Shown here: piece after piece, positions 16,671 to 25,680 of the stretch
Numbering within the stretch: position 1 is the first letter of the stretch
Layout: every line of letters starts with the position of its first letter
Notes under the pieces: model-generated
Databases searched by the model: none
Told to the model about the DNA's origin: nothing
The model's input: only the letters and a program-made list of their open reading frames with translations
IMG/VR virus record: IMGVR_UViG_3300011923_000001
Length of the DNA stretch: 54,645 nt
Strand: one strand, 5' to 3'
Origin: a virus
Translations under genes and position numbers: made by a program

Positions 16671-18829
16671 TGACTGAATTACCTCTTAATGCATTGGCTC
16701 AAGACTTTTTGAATACGCCAGATGGCATGTTTTTGGTGTGGGCCAATGGTTTGTATCAGCGTGAATTAGAATTGCAATCTAAATCACGTACAGAGCGTTC
16801 AATTGATGCGGCTTTTTATGATGGTGAACAATTTACTGAAGCAGAGCTTTATGAATATGAACAACGTGGACAGAAGCCACGTGTATTCAATGAAATTAAG
16901 CCTACAGTCGATTGGATTCTTGGCGGTGAGCGCCGAGCGCGTACCGATTGGGCGGTAATGCCACGTACTGAAGACGATTCAGAGCCGTCTGTGCGTAAAA
17001 ACAAACTCGTCAAGTACATTGACGATATCAATAACGCACGTTGGCATCGATCAGAAGCCTTTTCAGATATGTGCAAGACGGGTGAAGGCTGGACACGTGT
17101 TGCATACGAGACCAATCAAGATGGTGACTATCAAATCAAGCTAATGCATGAACTGTGGCGTTATATGCTGTGCGATTCTAAGAGCCGTAAGCCTGACATG
17201 TCGGACATGCAATACTTGTGGTGTACCAAAATTGTTCCAGTCGAAACCCTGATTAATTATTTTCCGCACAAAAAAGCGGAATTGATTGGTATTTCGGAAG
17301 ATATGGCTGATCTGGAAGATGATTTGATCAATGAAGGGATGCTTGAATATCTCGGTCAATCACATGAGCGTGTACGATCAGGATCATTAAGCCTGAATTA
17401 TTCAAGCGGTGAGCGTGACGGTGTGCGTGTTTATGAGATGTGGTACAAGAAAAATGAACGTGTACAGGTACTTAAAGGCGAAGGTTCATTTAATAACGAA
17501 GTCTTTGACTTAAAAAATGACACGCATATTCAATTGATTAATGAACATGGCTTTCGTGTTGTTCAAGTCACACGAGAGCAAATGTATTGTGCGCTTTATA
17601 CTGATACAACCGTGCTATATCGCCAACGATCACCGTACAAACACAATCGTTTTCCATTCGTGCGTAGATTCGCATATCTCAATGATAAATCAGGCTCACC
17701 TTATGGTGTGATTCGTTCGATTCGTGATCCGCAAAGCGACTTAAATGTTCGTCGTAACCGAGCATTATTTTTAATGTCTACCAGTCGCGTCATTATGGAC
17801 AAAGGGGCAGTTGAGGATACAAACAATCTTGCCAATGAAGTCAGTCGTCATGACGGCATTATCGAAGTTGAAGTGGGTAAAAACCTAAAAATCGAAGATG
17901 GTGTTAATGTCGCTGGCGCACACTTGAATGTCGGAGAAGAAAACAGCGCGTACATTCGACAGATTTCAGGTGTAACGGGCGAGAATCGCGGCATGAATAC
18001 CAATGCTACCAGTGGTATTGCGATTCAGGCACGGCAAGAACAAGGTACTGTGATCACTACCGTATTGTCTGACATGCATAGTCTGGCCAGAAAGCTAGAA
18101 GGTGAGTTGGTTTTATCACTGATTGAGCAGTTTATGGATAAGCCGATGCAGTTCCGTATCACAGCCGATAATCTCAAAGACAAAATTGAGTTTATGCGGA
18201 TCAATGAAGATGGTGACATGGAAACCGATATTACACGTACTCAGTCCGACTTTATTGTTGCTGAACGTGATTATCGTACAACGATGCGCCAAGCATTATC
18301 TGAACAGCTTATTAGCGTGGCTGGCACAATTGCACAGCACACAGGCAATCCAGATTTAGCAGTTTCGATGCTTACAGCAGCCATTGAGCTTCAGGACTTG
18401 CCTGATAAAGACCGCCTAATCTCATCTTTACGCAATTCTGCGGGTATGCCGCCACTCAGCGAAACTGAAGAAGAACGTCAACAACGTGAAGCACAGGAAC
18501 AGCAGCAAAAACAACAGGCTGAACAACAGCAGCAGCAGCTTCAGAAACTCGATATTGATTCGCGCATGGCCGAAATAGACCAGAAGAAAGCACAGACTGA
18601 ACTTCAGAAAGCCAATGCAGCCGCAGTCATACTTAAATCTAAGGTCGCATCGATCAAAGACAAAATGGAAGCATTACGCACCGCAGTTGATACCAGCGTT
18701 ACAGCAGTACAATCGCAAGGCATTTTGCCAGTTGTTGATCAAATGATTGCTTCAGTAGATGACCTTTTAAATATTGGCCAGCCAGTTGAGCAGCCAATTC
18801 AATCACCACAGCAACAACCACAAATGTAG
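16670..18829 (+). CDS. Portal protein
   Basis: 719 aa directly after the terminase genes, with a Q-rich coiled-coil C-terminus like long podovirus portals. Confidence 0.75.
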   Translation: MTELPLNALAQDFLNTPDGMFLVWANGLYQRELELQSKSRTERSIDAAFYDGEQFTEAELYEYEQRGQKPRVFNEIKPTVDWILGGERRARTDWAVMPRTEDDSEPSVRKNKLVKYIDDINNARWHRSEAFSDMCKTGEGWTRVAYETNQDGDYQIKLMHELWRYMLCDSKSRKPDMSDMQYLWCTKIVPVETLINYFPHKKAELIGISEDMADLEDDLINEGMLEYLGQSHERVRSGSLSLNYSSGERDGVRVYEMWYKKNERVQVLKGEGSFNNEVFDLKNDTHIQLINEHGFRVVQVTREQMYCALYTDTTVLYRQRSPYKHNRFPFVRRFAYLNDKSGSPYGVIRSIRDPQSDLNVRRNRALFLMSTSRVIMDKGAVEDTNNLANEVSRHDGIIEVEVGKNLKIEDGVNVAGAHLNVGEENSAYIRQISGVTGENRGMNTNATSGIAIQARQEQGTVITTVLSDMHSLARKLEGELVLSLIEQFMDKPMQFRITADNLKDKIEFMRINEDGDMETDITRTQSDFIVAERDYRTTMRQALSEQLISVAGTIAQHTGNPDLAVSMLTAAIELQDLPDKDRLISSLRNSAGMPPLSETEEERQQREAQEQQQKQQAEQQQQQLQKLDIDSRMAEIDQKKAQTELQKANAAAVILKSKVASIKDKMEALRTAVDTSVTAVQSQGILPVVDQMIASVDDLLNIGQPVEQPIQSPQQQPQM

Positions 18830-18838
18830 GTAACTATT

Positions 18839-19234
18839 ATGTCACTTAAAAGTTTTTCACTCATTGAAGCAGCTTTAGCTCAAAGCTTTTTTTCACAAAT
18901 TTCAAATTTGTCATATTTGGGATCAACAGGAAAGGTCGCCTTACTCTATACACAAGAAAGCGGCAAAGATAATTATTCGATTCAGCTTAATGAAGATCAG
19001 CAGGGTGTTATTCCCGCTGATGCCAACGAAACACGTTTGAAAGCGTTAAGTACACGTGAAGTTAAGTGGACGGTCTGGCTTGAAGATCAAGTCACAAAAT
19101 TGAAAGCGAGCTACCCTATTGAACGAATTGAGCTTGTATATGATGACGCACAGCCACTCAATATTGATTTAAATATCAATGTTAAAGCGGTCAGCGCTAA
19201 CAGCGGTGCAATCAATCAACCAGCAACAACATAA
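18839..19234 (+). CDS. Hypothetical head-module protein (131 aa)
   Basis: ORF between portal and scaffold, followed by a terminator. Confidence 0.5.
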   Translation: MSLKSFSLIEAALAQSFFSQISNLSYLGSTGKVALLYTQESGKDNYSIQLNEDQQGVIPADANETRLKALSTREVKWTVWLEDQVTKLKASYPIERIELVYDDAQPLNIDLNINVKAVSANSGAINQPATT

Positions 19235-19250
19235 ACACATTTAACCCAAT

Positions 19251-19272
19251 ACGCCTCATCGGGCGTTTTTTT
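19251..19272 (+). terminator. Rho-independent terminator/attenuator
   Basis: acgcc tcatcg ggcgt ttttttt. Confidence 0.55.
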
Positions 19273-19297
19273 ATGCCTGAATTTTGTGGAGCCGAAC

Positions 19298-20335
19298 ATG
19301 CCAGATATTAATACTGAGATTGATAGCGAAGGGAATGAACTCTTAAACGAGTTTGAATATTCTGAAGAAGAACTTGCGGAAATTAAAGCCTTAGAAGAAC
19401 AAGACAAACTGAATCAGATTGATGCTTCTGGTAAGCCGATTCATCAAACTCAGGATGATGATCTTGACGATGATTTTCTCAATGATTTAACTAAAGGTCA
19501 GGATGGCGAGAATAACAATCCAGCGCCTAAACCCGATCCTGAGCCTACTCCTGAACAAGAACCTAAAGCTGCACCAACAGGAACTCCACCTGAGCCTGCA
19601 CCAAAACAAGAGCATGAGCCAACTTTGGAAAACAATATTCCTGAAGTTGAGGACTATACCGAACAGCTCACAGAACTCACTCAACAGAAGGAAGATGCAC
19701 AGGGCAAAATTGATGATGTGCTGGAACAGTTAGAGAAGCTGGGCGAAGACTTTGACAATGGCGAAATCGGTCAGGGCAAATATGAAGCTCAAAAACTACG
19801 CTTACAACGTGATCTAAATCAGTATGAAACACAACTCACTCAAATCGAGCAACAGCATACTAATCTTGCCAATACATCGGCAGAGCAAAACCTAAGTCGT
19901 CAAGAGGCGTTAAATCAGGCTTGGGCGCGTGATGCAAAATCGTTTATTGATCAGCCTGAAAATGAATTGCTCAAAAATAATCCAAATATGGCACATGCGT
20001 TTGACCAGACTTTAACGGCACTTGGTCAAGCGGGGCAGTTAGAAGGTTTATCTAATACTCAAGTGCTTCAAACAGTACGTGCAGCCTTAGCGATTCGTCA
20101 TCCTGAATTAAATACAAAGCCCACTGGACAGCAACAGGAACAAAAGAAAAAGCCAACTCATGACGGTTTTGTTCCCCCTGTTTCACTTGCGAACGTACCT
20201 TCTACGGATGGTTTAGATGACAACCCATTCGCGCATATCGACAAGTTGTCTGGAATCGAATATGAAACCGCAATTTCAAAAATGACACCAGCTCAACGTG
20301 CTGCGTACTACGGCAGCGATTTTTACGAAGATTAA
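19298..20335 (+). CDS. Scaffolding protein
   Basis: Acidic, P/E/Q-rich, coiled-coil sequence immediately upstream of the capsid gene. ATG 19298 is preceded by tggag. Confidence 0.6.
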   Translation: MPDINTEIDSEGNELLNEFEYSEEELAEIKALEEQDKLNQIDASGKPIHQTQDDDLDDDFLNDLTKGQDGENNNPAPKPDPEPTPEQEPKAAPTGTPPEPAPKQEHEPTLENNIPEVEDYTEQLTELTQQKEDAQGKIDDVLEQLEKLGEDFDNGEIGQGKYEAQKLRLQRDLNQYETQLTQIEQQHTNLANTSAEQNLSRQEALNQAWARDAKSFIDQPENELLKNNPNMAHAFDQTLTALGQAGQLEGLSNTQVLQTVRAALAIRHPELNTKPTGQQQEQKKKPTHDGFVPPVSLANVPSTDGLDDNPFAHIDKLSGIEYETAISKMTPAQRAAYYGSDFYED

Positions 20336-20369
20336 ATTTTAACTTTTTTATTATCTAGGAGCATTTAAT

Positions 20370-21524
20370 ATGCCTCAAGCAATCAACGCAAGCGCAATCC
20401 CGTTTGGCTCACCGATGGCCAAGAAACATTATGCGGGTGCTTTATTCACTTCAACAATGGCTAAATCATGGGTCATGAAAAACCTGATTGTAAATGCCAA
20501 TCGCGTTGATAAGGGCGCACAAATGGCCAATGCGCCAATTGTGGTACTAAACGATTTGACCAAAGGTGAAGGTGATGCAATCACTTATGACCTATACATG
20601 CAAATCACAGGTGCGCCAACCTTTGGTGATGACAACCTAGAAGGCAACTTGGAAACACTGTCTGCCTACTCTGATGAAATCACAATCAATCAGGTACGTC
20701 ATGGTGTGGACGTGGGCGGTCGCATGTCGAACAAACGCACTGTCAACGATAACCGTGCCATCTCTAAAACCAAGTTGACAGAATGGTTTGCGAACTTCTT
20801 CGATCAAACTGTTCACATGGAGTTAGCGGGTCGTCGCGGCCAGAACCCATTTTTAGTGCCGAAAGGTGTTAAATACGCGATTCGTGATACGCATGAATTT
20901 GAAGATTATGACGCAGATCATCTCTTATATGGTGGCATGGCAACGTCTAAAGCTTCATTGACTGCTGATGACAAGTTTGGTCTGGCTGTATTGGATGAAG
21001 CTTTAGTCAAGGCTTGTACCGAAGGTGGTGACGCAGACAACAAAGTACGCTTAACACCGCTGGATAAAAATGGTGAAGATGCATTTATGTGTATCATCCA
21101 CCCTTACCAATTGCACGATTTGCGCCATGATGCGGGTACGGCTGGCTGGCTTGAAATCCAGAAAGCGGCAGCGGGATCGGATGGTCAAAACTCACCATTG
21201 TTTAAAAACAAAGTGGGTGAATATCGCGGCATTACAATCAAAACCCATAAAAACGTGTCGCTTGAAAACAATTACGGTGCGGGTGGCAACATTAAATCGG
21301 CTCGTGCTTCATTCATGGGCCGTCAAGCTCTTGTTGCTGCTTTCGGTAATGCGTCAAGCGCGAATTTACGAGCCGACTGGACTGAAAAAACTATCGATGT
21401 GGATGATAACAAGCATGTGATTTCAGGCCGTATGATGTTTGCTGTGAAACGCCCACGTTTCAATGATCAGGACGTAAACTCTTACGCAATTGATACAGCG
21501 GCAGATAAGCCTAAAAAATCTTAA
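20370..21524 (+). CDS. Major capsid protein
   Basis: 384 aa with a strong RBS (aggag), positioned after the scaffold gene and followed by a strong terminator. Confidence 0.7.
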   Translation: MPQAINASAIPFGSPMAKKHYAGALFTSTMAKSWVMKNLIVNANRVDKGAQMANAPIVVLNDLTKGEGDAITYDLYMQITGAPTFGDDNLEGNLETLSAYSDEITINQVRHGVDVGGRMSNKRTVNDNRAISKTKLTEWFANFFDQTVHMELAGRRGQNPFLVPKGVKYAIRDTHEFEDYDADHLLYGGMATSKASLTADDKFGLAVLDEALVKACTEGGDADNKVRLTPLDKNGEDAFMCIIHPYQLHDLRHDAGTAGWLEIQKAAAGSDGQNSPLFKNKVGEYRGITIKTHKNVSLENNYGAGGNIKSARASFMGRQALVAAFGNASSANLRADWTEKTIDVDDNKHVISGRMMFAVKRPRFNDQDVNSYAIDTAADKPKKS

Positions 21525-21540
21525 TTCAAATACAACATAA

Positions 21541-21567
21541 AGCAGCTTTCGGGCTGCTTTTTTTATT
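21541..21567 (+). terminator. Rho-independent terminator after the capsid gene
   Basis: agcagc tttcgg gctgct ttttttt. Confidence 0.7.
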
Positions 21568-21592
21568 CTTCATTTTTTGGGAGTAGCTATCA

Positions 21593-22045
21593 ATGGCTCA
21601 AATTATTCCAGCACCGTCTTATGAAAACCGTTCAACTTTACCCTTTTCAACGAATACGGGTGTCGTACTTCAGCATCGTTCTTCTTTGAAATTTGCAATC
21701 GCAACAGCGTTGGCGGTGAATGATTTAATCGTACTCGGCACATTTAAAGAGGGTTATCGCCCTGTTTCCGTGAAAGCTGATAGTGATGGCATTGCAGCTT
21801 TAACGGCTGATATTTTACTTGTTGATGACATTGAACAACCAACTACCACTATTACAGTGGCTTCAGGTGTTAGTTTTGTCGATGACGGCATACAAGATGG
21901 CGTTTTAACTAAAGCGGCTTTGCGATATAAGGGCTTAGAAATGCCGATGTATCTTGTGGCCAAAGTAAAAGCCGCAGCTAATGCAGCCGTTGGCAAAGAA
22001 ATTGGTGTGACGCTTTCGTATCGATACCGACAATCTACCGATTAA
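21593..22045 (+). CDS. Hypothetical head protein (150 aa), possible decoration protein
   Basis: Position after the capsid gene, with its own RBS (gggag), bracketed by terminators. Confidence 0.4.
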   Translation: MAQIIPAPSYENRSTLPFSTNTGVVLQHRSSLKFAIATALAVNDLIVLGTFKEGYRPVSVKADSDGIAALTADILLVDDIEQPTTTITVASGVSFVDDGIQDGVLTKAALRYKGLEMPMYLVAKVKAAANAAVGKEIGVTLSYRYRQSTD

Positions 22046-22059
22046 TTCAGTCATAAATC

Positions 22060-22088
22060 ACTAAAAATAACCTGGTCTAAATGATCAG
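22060..22088 (+). terminator. Rho-independent terminator
   Basis: aacctg (11-nt loop) caggtt ttttttt. Confidence 0.55.
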
Positions 22089-22131
22089 GTTTTTTTCTTA
22101 TCATTTCCTAAAATTGCCAAAGGTATAGCTC

Positions 22132-22716
22132 ATGTCAAAAGTCGATTTAAAATCCGAAACACTGGTTGAATGTTTAATTAAACGCAAAGGCGGCTCCGAT
22201 GTTCCGTTTGGTTTTAGTGCTGCAAAACAAGTTAGTTACCGTTTTCGCCCTCTCGATGCGAATGATCCAGAGTCTCCTCATATTGCTGATGTAACGAATG
22301 ATGATCATTATGATCGACTCATTAGCATTCGTGAATCATTTCGTCCTTACAGCCAAGCCACCTATCAGCCCGCAACACAAATTCCTTCAGCCAATACCAA
22401 TGATGAGGACGGTTTTGACCCTACCGATGGTAATGACTTGTTATCGGTCGATCTAAACACCGTTTCTAATGACTGGTTACAGGCATTTGCTAAGGACGTA
22501 TTAAAACTACCGCCTAAAAACAAAGAGCGATTATCTTTATACGCGAGTGATACTTATGAAATTGATTTAGCTCACTCAATGACGGCAAATGAAATGATCC
22601 GTTCTATTGCGGTTGAGCGTAAAAAAGAAGAACGCAATGCTCATGAAGCTGCTTTGTCAGGTGTTGATGCTGATAATGGCCAAGCTGGTGATGCCAATAT
22701 CGAGGATGAGGAATAA
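22132..22716 (+). CDS. Hypothetical acidic virion-module protein (194 aa)
   Basis: ORF with an RBS in the structural operon. Confidence 0.5.
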   Translation: MSKVDLKSETLVECLIKRKGGSDVPFGFSAAKQVSYRFRPLDANDPESPHIADVTNDDHYDRLISIRESFRPYSQATYQPATQIPSANTNDEDGFDPTDGNDLLSVDLNTVSNDWLQAFAKDVLKLPPKNKERLSLYASDTYEIDLAHSMTANEMIRSIAVERKKEERNAHEAALSGVDADNGQAGDANIEDEE

Positions 22717-22721
22717 TCATT

Positions 22722-23366
22722 ATGTCTGTTACCTGTCAGTTTTTGCTAGATGGGGTATCAGCGACACAATTAAACGATGTAGATAAAACAACATGGTCTG
22801 AAGAACTGTTGCTATCTGCTTTGAATCAAGCACTTGTAATGCTTGTTTTAATTCGTCCTGATGCCACAGCTAAAATACACACGTTTGAATGCGTCAAAGG
22901 AACACGGCAAAATCTGCCTGTGGACGGTGTGCGCTTATTAAAAGTGGTTCGTAATATTGATGCAGCGGGTGAAATTGGTCGGTCAATCAAACTTGTAAAT
23001 ATTTCTGATTTAGATGCAGTATCACCAAACTGGCATTCACGGCCACCAGTCGCAGTTGTCAAAGAATATATGTTTGATGAACGCGCACCTAAATGGTTTT
23101 ACGTTTATCCACCAGCCAATCAGGGGGTAAAGGTTGAAATTGAATATTCAGCTTCACCGCCTGAAATTACTGATCCGTCTCAACCGTTACCTGTTGATAT
23201 TGTATTCATGCAACCGCTTCAGGAATTTATGATCTATAAGCTCTTGTCTGGTGATGGTGGTAAAGGGGTGGGTATGCAGCATTTAGATGTTGGTCTGAAG
23301 CTCATTGGAGCTAAACCAACTATCGACAACTATCTTTCACCAGCGAAAGAAACTAAGGCGGGCTAA
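22722..23366 (+). CDS. Hypothetical head-tail joining protein (214 aa)
   Basis: Assigned by position only. RBS gaggaa. Confidence 0.35.
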   Translation: MSVTCQFLLDGVSATQLNDVDKTTWSEELLLSALNQALVMLVLIRPDATAKIHTFECVKGTRQNLPVDGVRLLKVVRNIDAAGEIGRSIKLVNISDLDAVSPNWHSRPPVAVVKEYMFDERAPKWFYVYPPANQGVKVEIEYSASPPEITDPSQPLPVDIVFMQPLQEFMIYKLLSGDGGKGVGMQHLDVGLKLIGAKPTIDNYLSPAKETKAG

Positions 23367-23371
23367 TCGAT

Positions 23372-23956
23372 ATGGCTCTATATGATGATTTAGTTGATAT
23401 GGTGGCAATCCACGTATCTCCATGCCCTGAATCTGCTATATATGATGCTACACGCCATGTTGTGCGGGATTTATGCAAAGAAACCCGCATTTGGACTTAT
23501 GACTGTCAAGATAAGCGAATTACTGCTGAAGATGATCCAGTCATAAGTCTAAATATTCCTGAAGGATCCACAATTATTCATCTTTGGGGTATTAACGGTC
23601 GTTGTGGCGTGTATGGTGAAGATAGCCTTGATTATTACTTATCACCGCCCGATAAGTTAATGTTCAATAAGCCTGATCGGATGGTTGGCAAGCTAGTACA
23701 GCCGCTTGTTTCACTCATGCCGAGTATGTCCAGTGGTGAATATCCCGATTTCATCATGGAATATTTTTCTGAAGGCTTGATTTCTGGCATTGTTAGTTAT
23801 CTTCAAATGCAACCCTATCGCGCATGGTCACAACCGAATGCAGCCGCACCGCATCAAGAGAAATATCAGCAAACAATCAAAGATGCGATTCAGATGCGTA
23901 ACAATGGTCTGAACATTTCTAAAGTCAATCGGCGAATAAAACCTACATTTATGTAA
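23372..23956 (+). CDS. Hypothetical head-tail joining protein (194 aa)
   Basis: Assigned by position only. Confidence 0.35.
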   Translation: MALYDDLVDMVAIHVSPCPESAIYDATRHVVRDLCKETRIWTYDCQDKRITAEDDPVISLNIPEGSTIIHLWGINGRCGVYGEDSLDYYLSPPDKLMFNKPDRMVGKLVQPLVSLMPSMSSGEYPDFIMEYFSEGLISGIVSYLQMQPYRAWSQPNAAAPHQEKYQQTIKDAIQMRNNGLNISKVNRRIKPTFM

Positions 23957-23959
23957 ATG

Positions 23960-23983
23960 GCTCACCTTCGGGTGGGCTTTTTT
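23960..23983 (+). terminator. Rho-independent terminator
   Basis: gctcacc ttcg ggtgggc tttttt. Confidence 0.6.
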
Positions 23984-24006
23984 ATGTCTATTCTTCAGGA
24001 AAATCT

Positions 24007-25680
24007 ATGCGAATCAAAATCTCTAACTTTCTCGGCATGTTCCCGCGCATTCACTCAACCAAGTTAAAAGATACAGCAGCAGAACTGGCGTTAAATGTAG
24101 ATGTGACGAGTGGTGTATTACGACCATTTTATAAAACAAAATTAGAAACCCAATTGGCTGAGATGGGTACAGCAATTAATGATTTTAAATATTATTCCTT
24201 TCCAGACAAATCAGGCTTTTTTCAATTCCCAAGCTTTGTCGATTTAACTTATTCACCAATTGCTGACGATCAATATCGCCGCGTGTACTGGTCAGGCGAT
24301 AGCCGTGTCGAAGGACACTTACTCTATTCATATTCACCCAACCTAACATCTGGTGCGGATTATAACCCTAAGTTTTGGTACAAACTTGGTATTCCAGCAC
24401 CAACTCAAGCACCAACAATCGGTAGTCATTCAACTCAATATACAGAAGAAGAACTCGAAGCACTTGCAGACGAGTCACGCTTATATGTTTACACGTATGT
24501 AACTGAGATTGGCGAAGAATCAGCACCCAGCCCAGCAAGTGCAATGCTCACAATTCCGCATGACAAATCTACGGTTACTCTCTCAGGATTAATCATCGAC
24601 ACCAATGCCGCCAATGGCCGCAATATTAAGAAAAAGCGCATTTATCGCTCATTAACTGGCTCTAATGGCGCAACGGATCTTTATTTCGTTGCTGAAATTG
24701 GGAGTGCTGTTCTTGAATACACAGACAAAACGGATGGACAAGATTTAAATACTGCCGATCCATTACCGTCTATCACATGGGATGCACCGCGTACAGGCTT
24801 AAAAGGCTTAGGCGTAACACCAAAAGGCGTGAACTATGCATTCGTTGATAAGTTTGCCTGTTTTTCCGAGCCGTATTATCCGTATGCATGGCCACGTGAT
24901 TATGAAGTCACGTTGCAATACGACATTGTAGCGATGGGCCATTATGAAAATTACATCATTGCAGCCACCACAGCCACGCCCTACATCATCTCAGGCATTA
25001 ACCCAAACAGCACCACAGTAGAGGAATTACCCTTAAATGAAGCCTGTATCTCTAAACGCTCTATGGTCAGCATGGCTACTTGTGTTTGTTATGCTAGTCC
25101 AAACGGCATCGTCATGGCCTACGGTGCGACCGCAAAGCTCATTTCAGATTCGTTCTTTGATAAGGACTCATGGCAAAAGTTAAACCCATCAAGTATTCAT
25201 GCGGTTGAATATCGCGGTAAATATCTATTTTTCTATGAAAATGGTGCAGATAAAGGCGCATATCTACTTGATCCGCGACAAGTCGATTTTGGTATCACTA
25301 AGTTGGATTTTTGGTTCAAAGCGGCAACCCGACACCAACAAACTGAAAAGCTTTTTTTTCTTGATAACAACAACAAAGTTTATTTACTTGACGATACGGC
25401 CAGCGACCGTCTTGACTTTACTTGGCGCAGTAAAAAATTTGACGTAAGTGGAGATGGCGCAAGGCTACTTGCTGCTATGGTAGTTGCTGATTCATATCGC
25501 AATTTAAAACTCAAAGTGTTTGCCGATGATCAACTGTTATATGAGAAGCAACTGAAGGATCGAAAGCCATTTCGTTTGCCGAATCATTCTAAGCGTTATG
25601 ACTGGCAGCTAGAAATATCGGGTAATGCCAATGTGCGTGACATTGTTCTCGCTGAAACTATGGTGGAGCTATCAAAATGA
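24007..25680 (+). CDS. Tail (tube/nozzle-type) structural protein (557 aa)
   Basis: Large ORF immediately upstream of, and overlapping, the fibre gene. Confidence 0.4.
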   Translation: MRIKISNFLGMFPRIHSTKLKDTAAELALNVDVTSGVLRPFYKTKLETQLAEMGTAINDFKYYSFPDKSGFFQFPSFVDLTYSPIADDQYRRVYWSGDSRVEGHLLYSYSPNLTSGADYNPKFWYKLGIPAPTQAPTIGSHSTQYTEEELEALADESRLYVYTYVTEIGEESAPSPASAMLTIPHDKSTVTLSGLIIDTNAANGRNIKKKRIYRSLTGSNGATDLYFVAEIGSAVLEYTDKTDGQDLNTADPLPSITWDAPRTGLKGLGVTPKGVNYAFVDKFACFSEPYYPYAWPRDYEVTLQYDIVAMGHYENYIIAATTATPYIISGINPNSTTVEELPLNEACISKRSMVSMATCVCYASPNGIVMAYGATAKLISDSFFDKDSWQKLNPSSIHAVEYRGKYLFFYENGADKGAYLLDPRQVDFGITKLDFWFKAATRHQQTEKLFFLDNNNKVYLLDDTASDRLDFTWRSKKFDVSGDGARLLAAMVVADSYRNLKLKVFADDQLLYEKQLKDRKPFRLPNHSKRYDWQLEISGNANVRDIVLAETMVELSK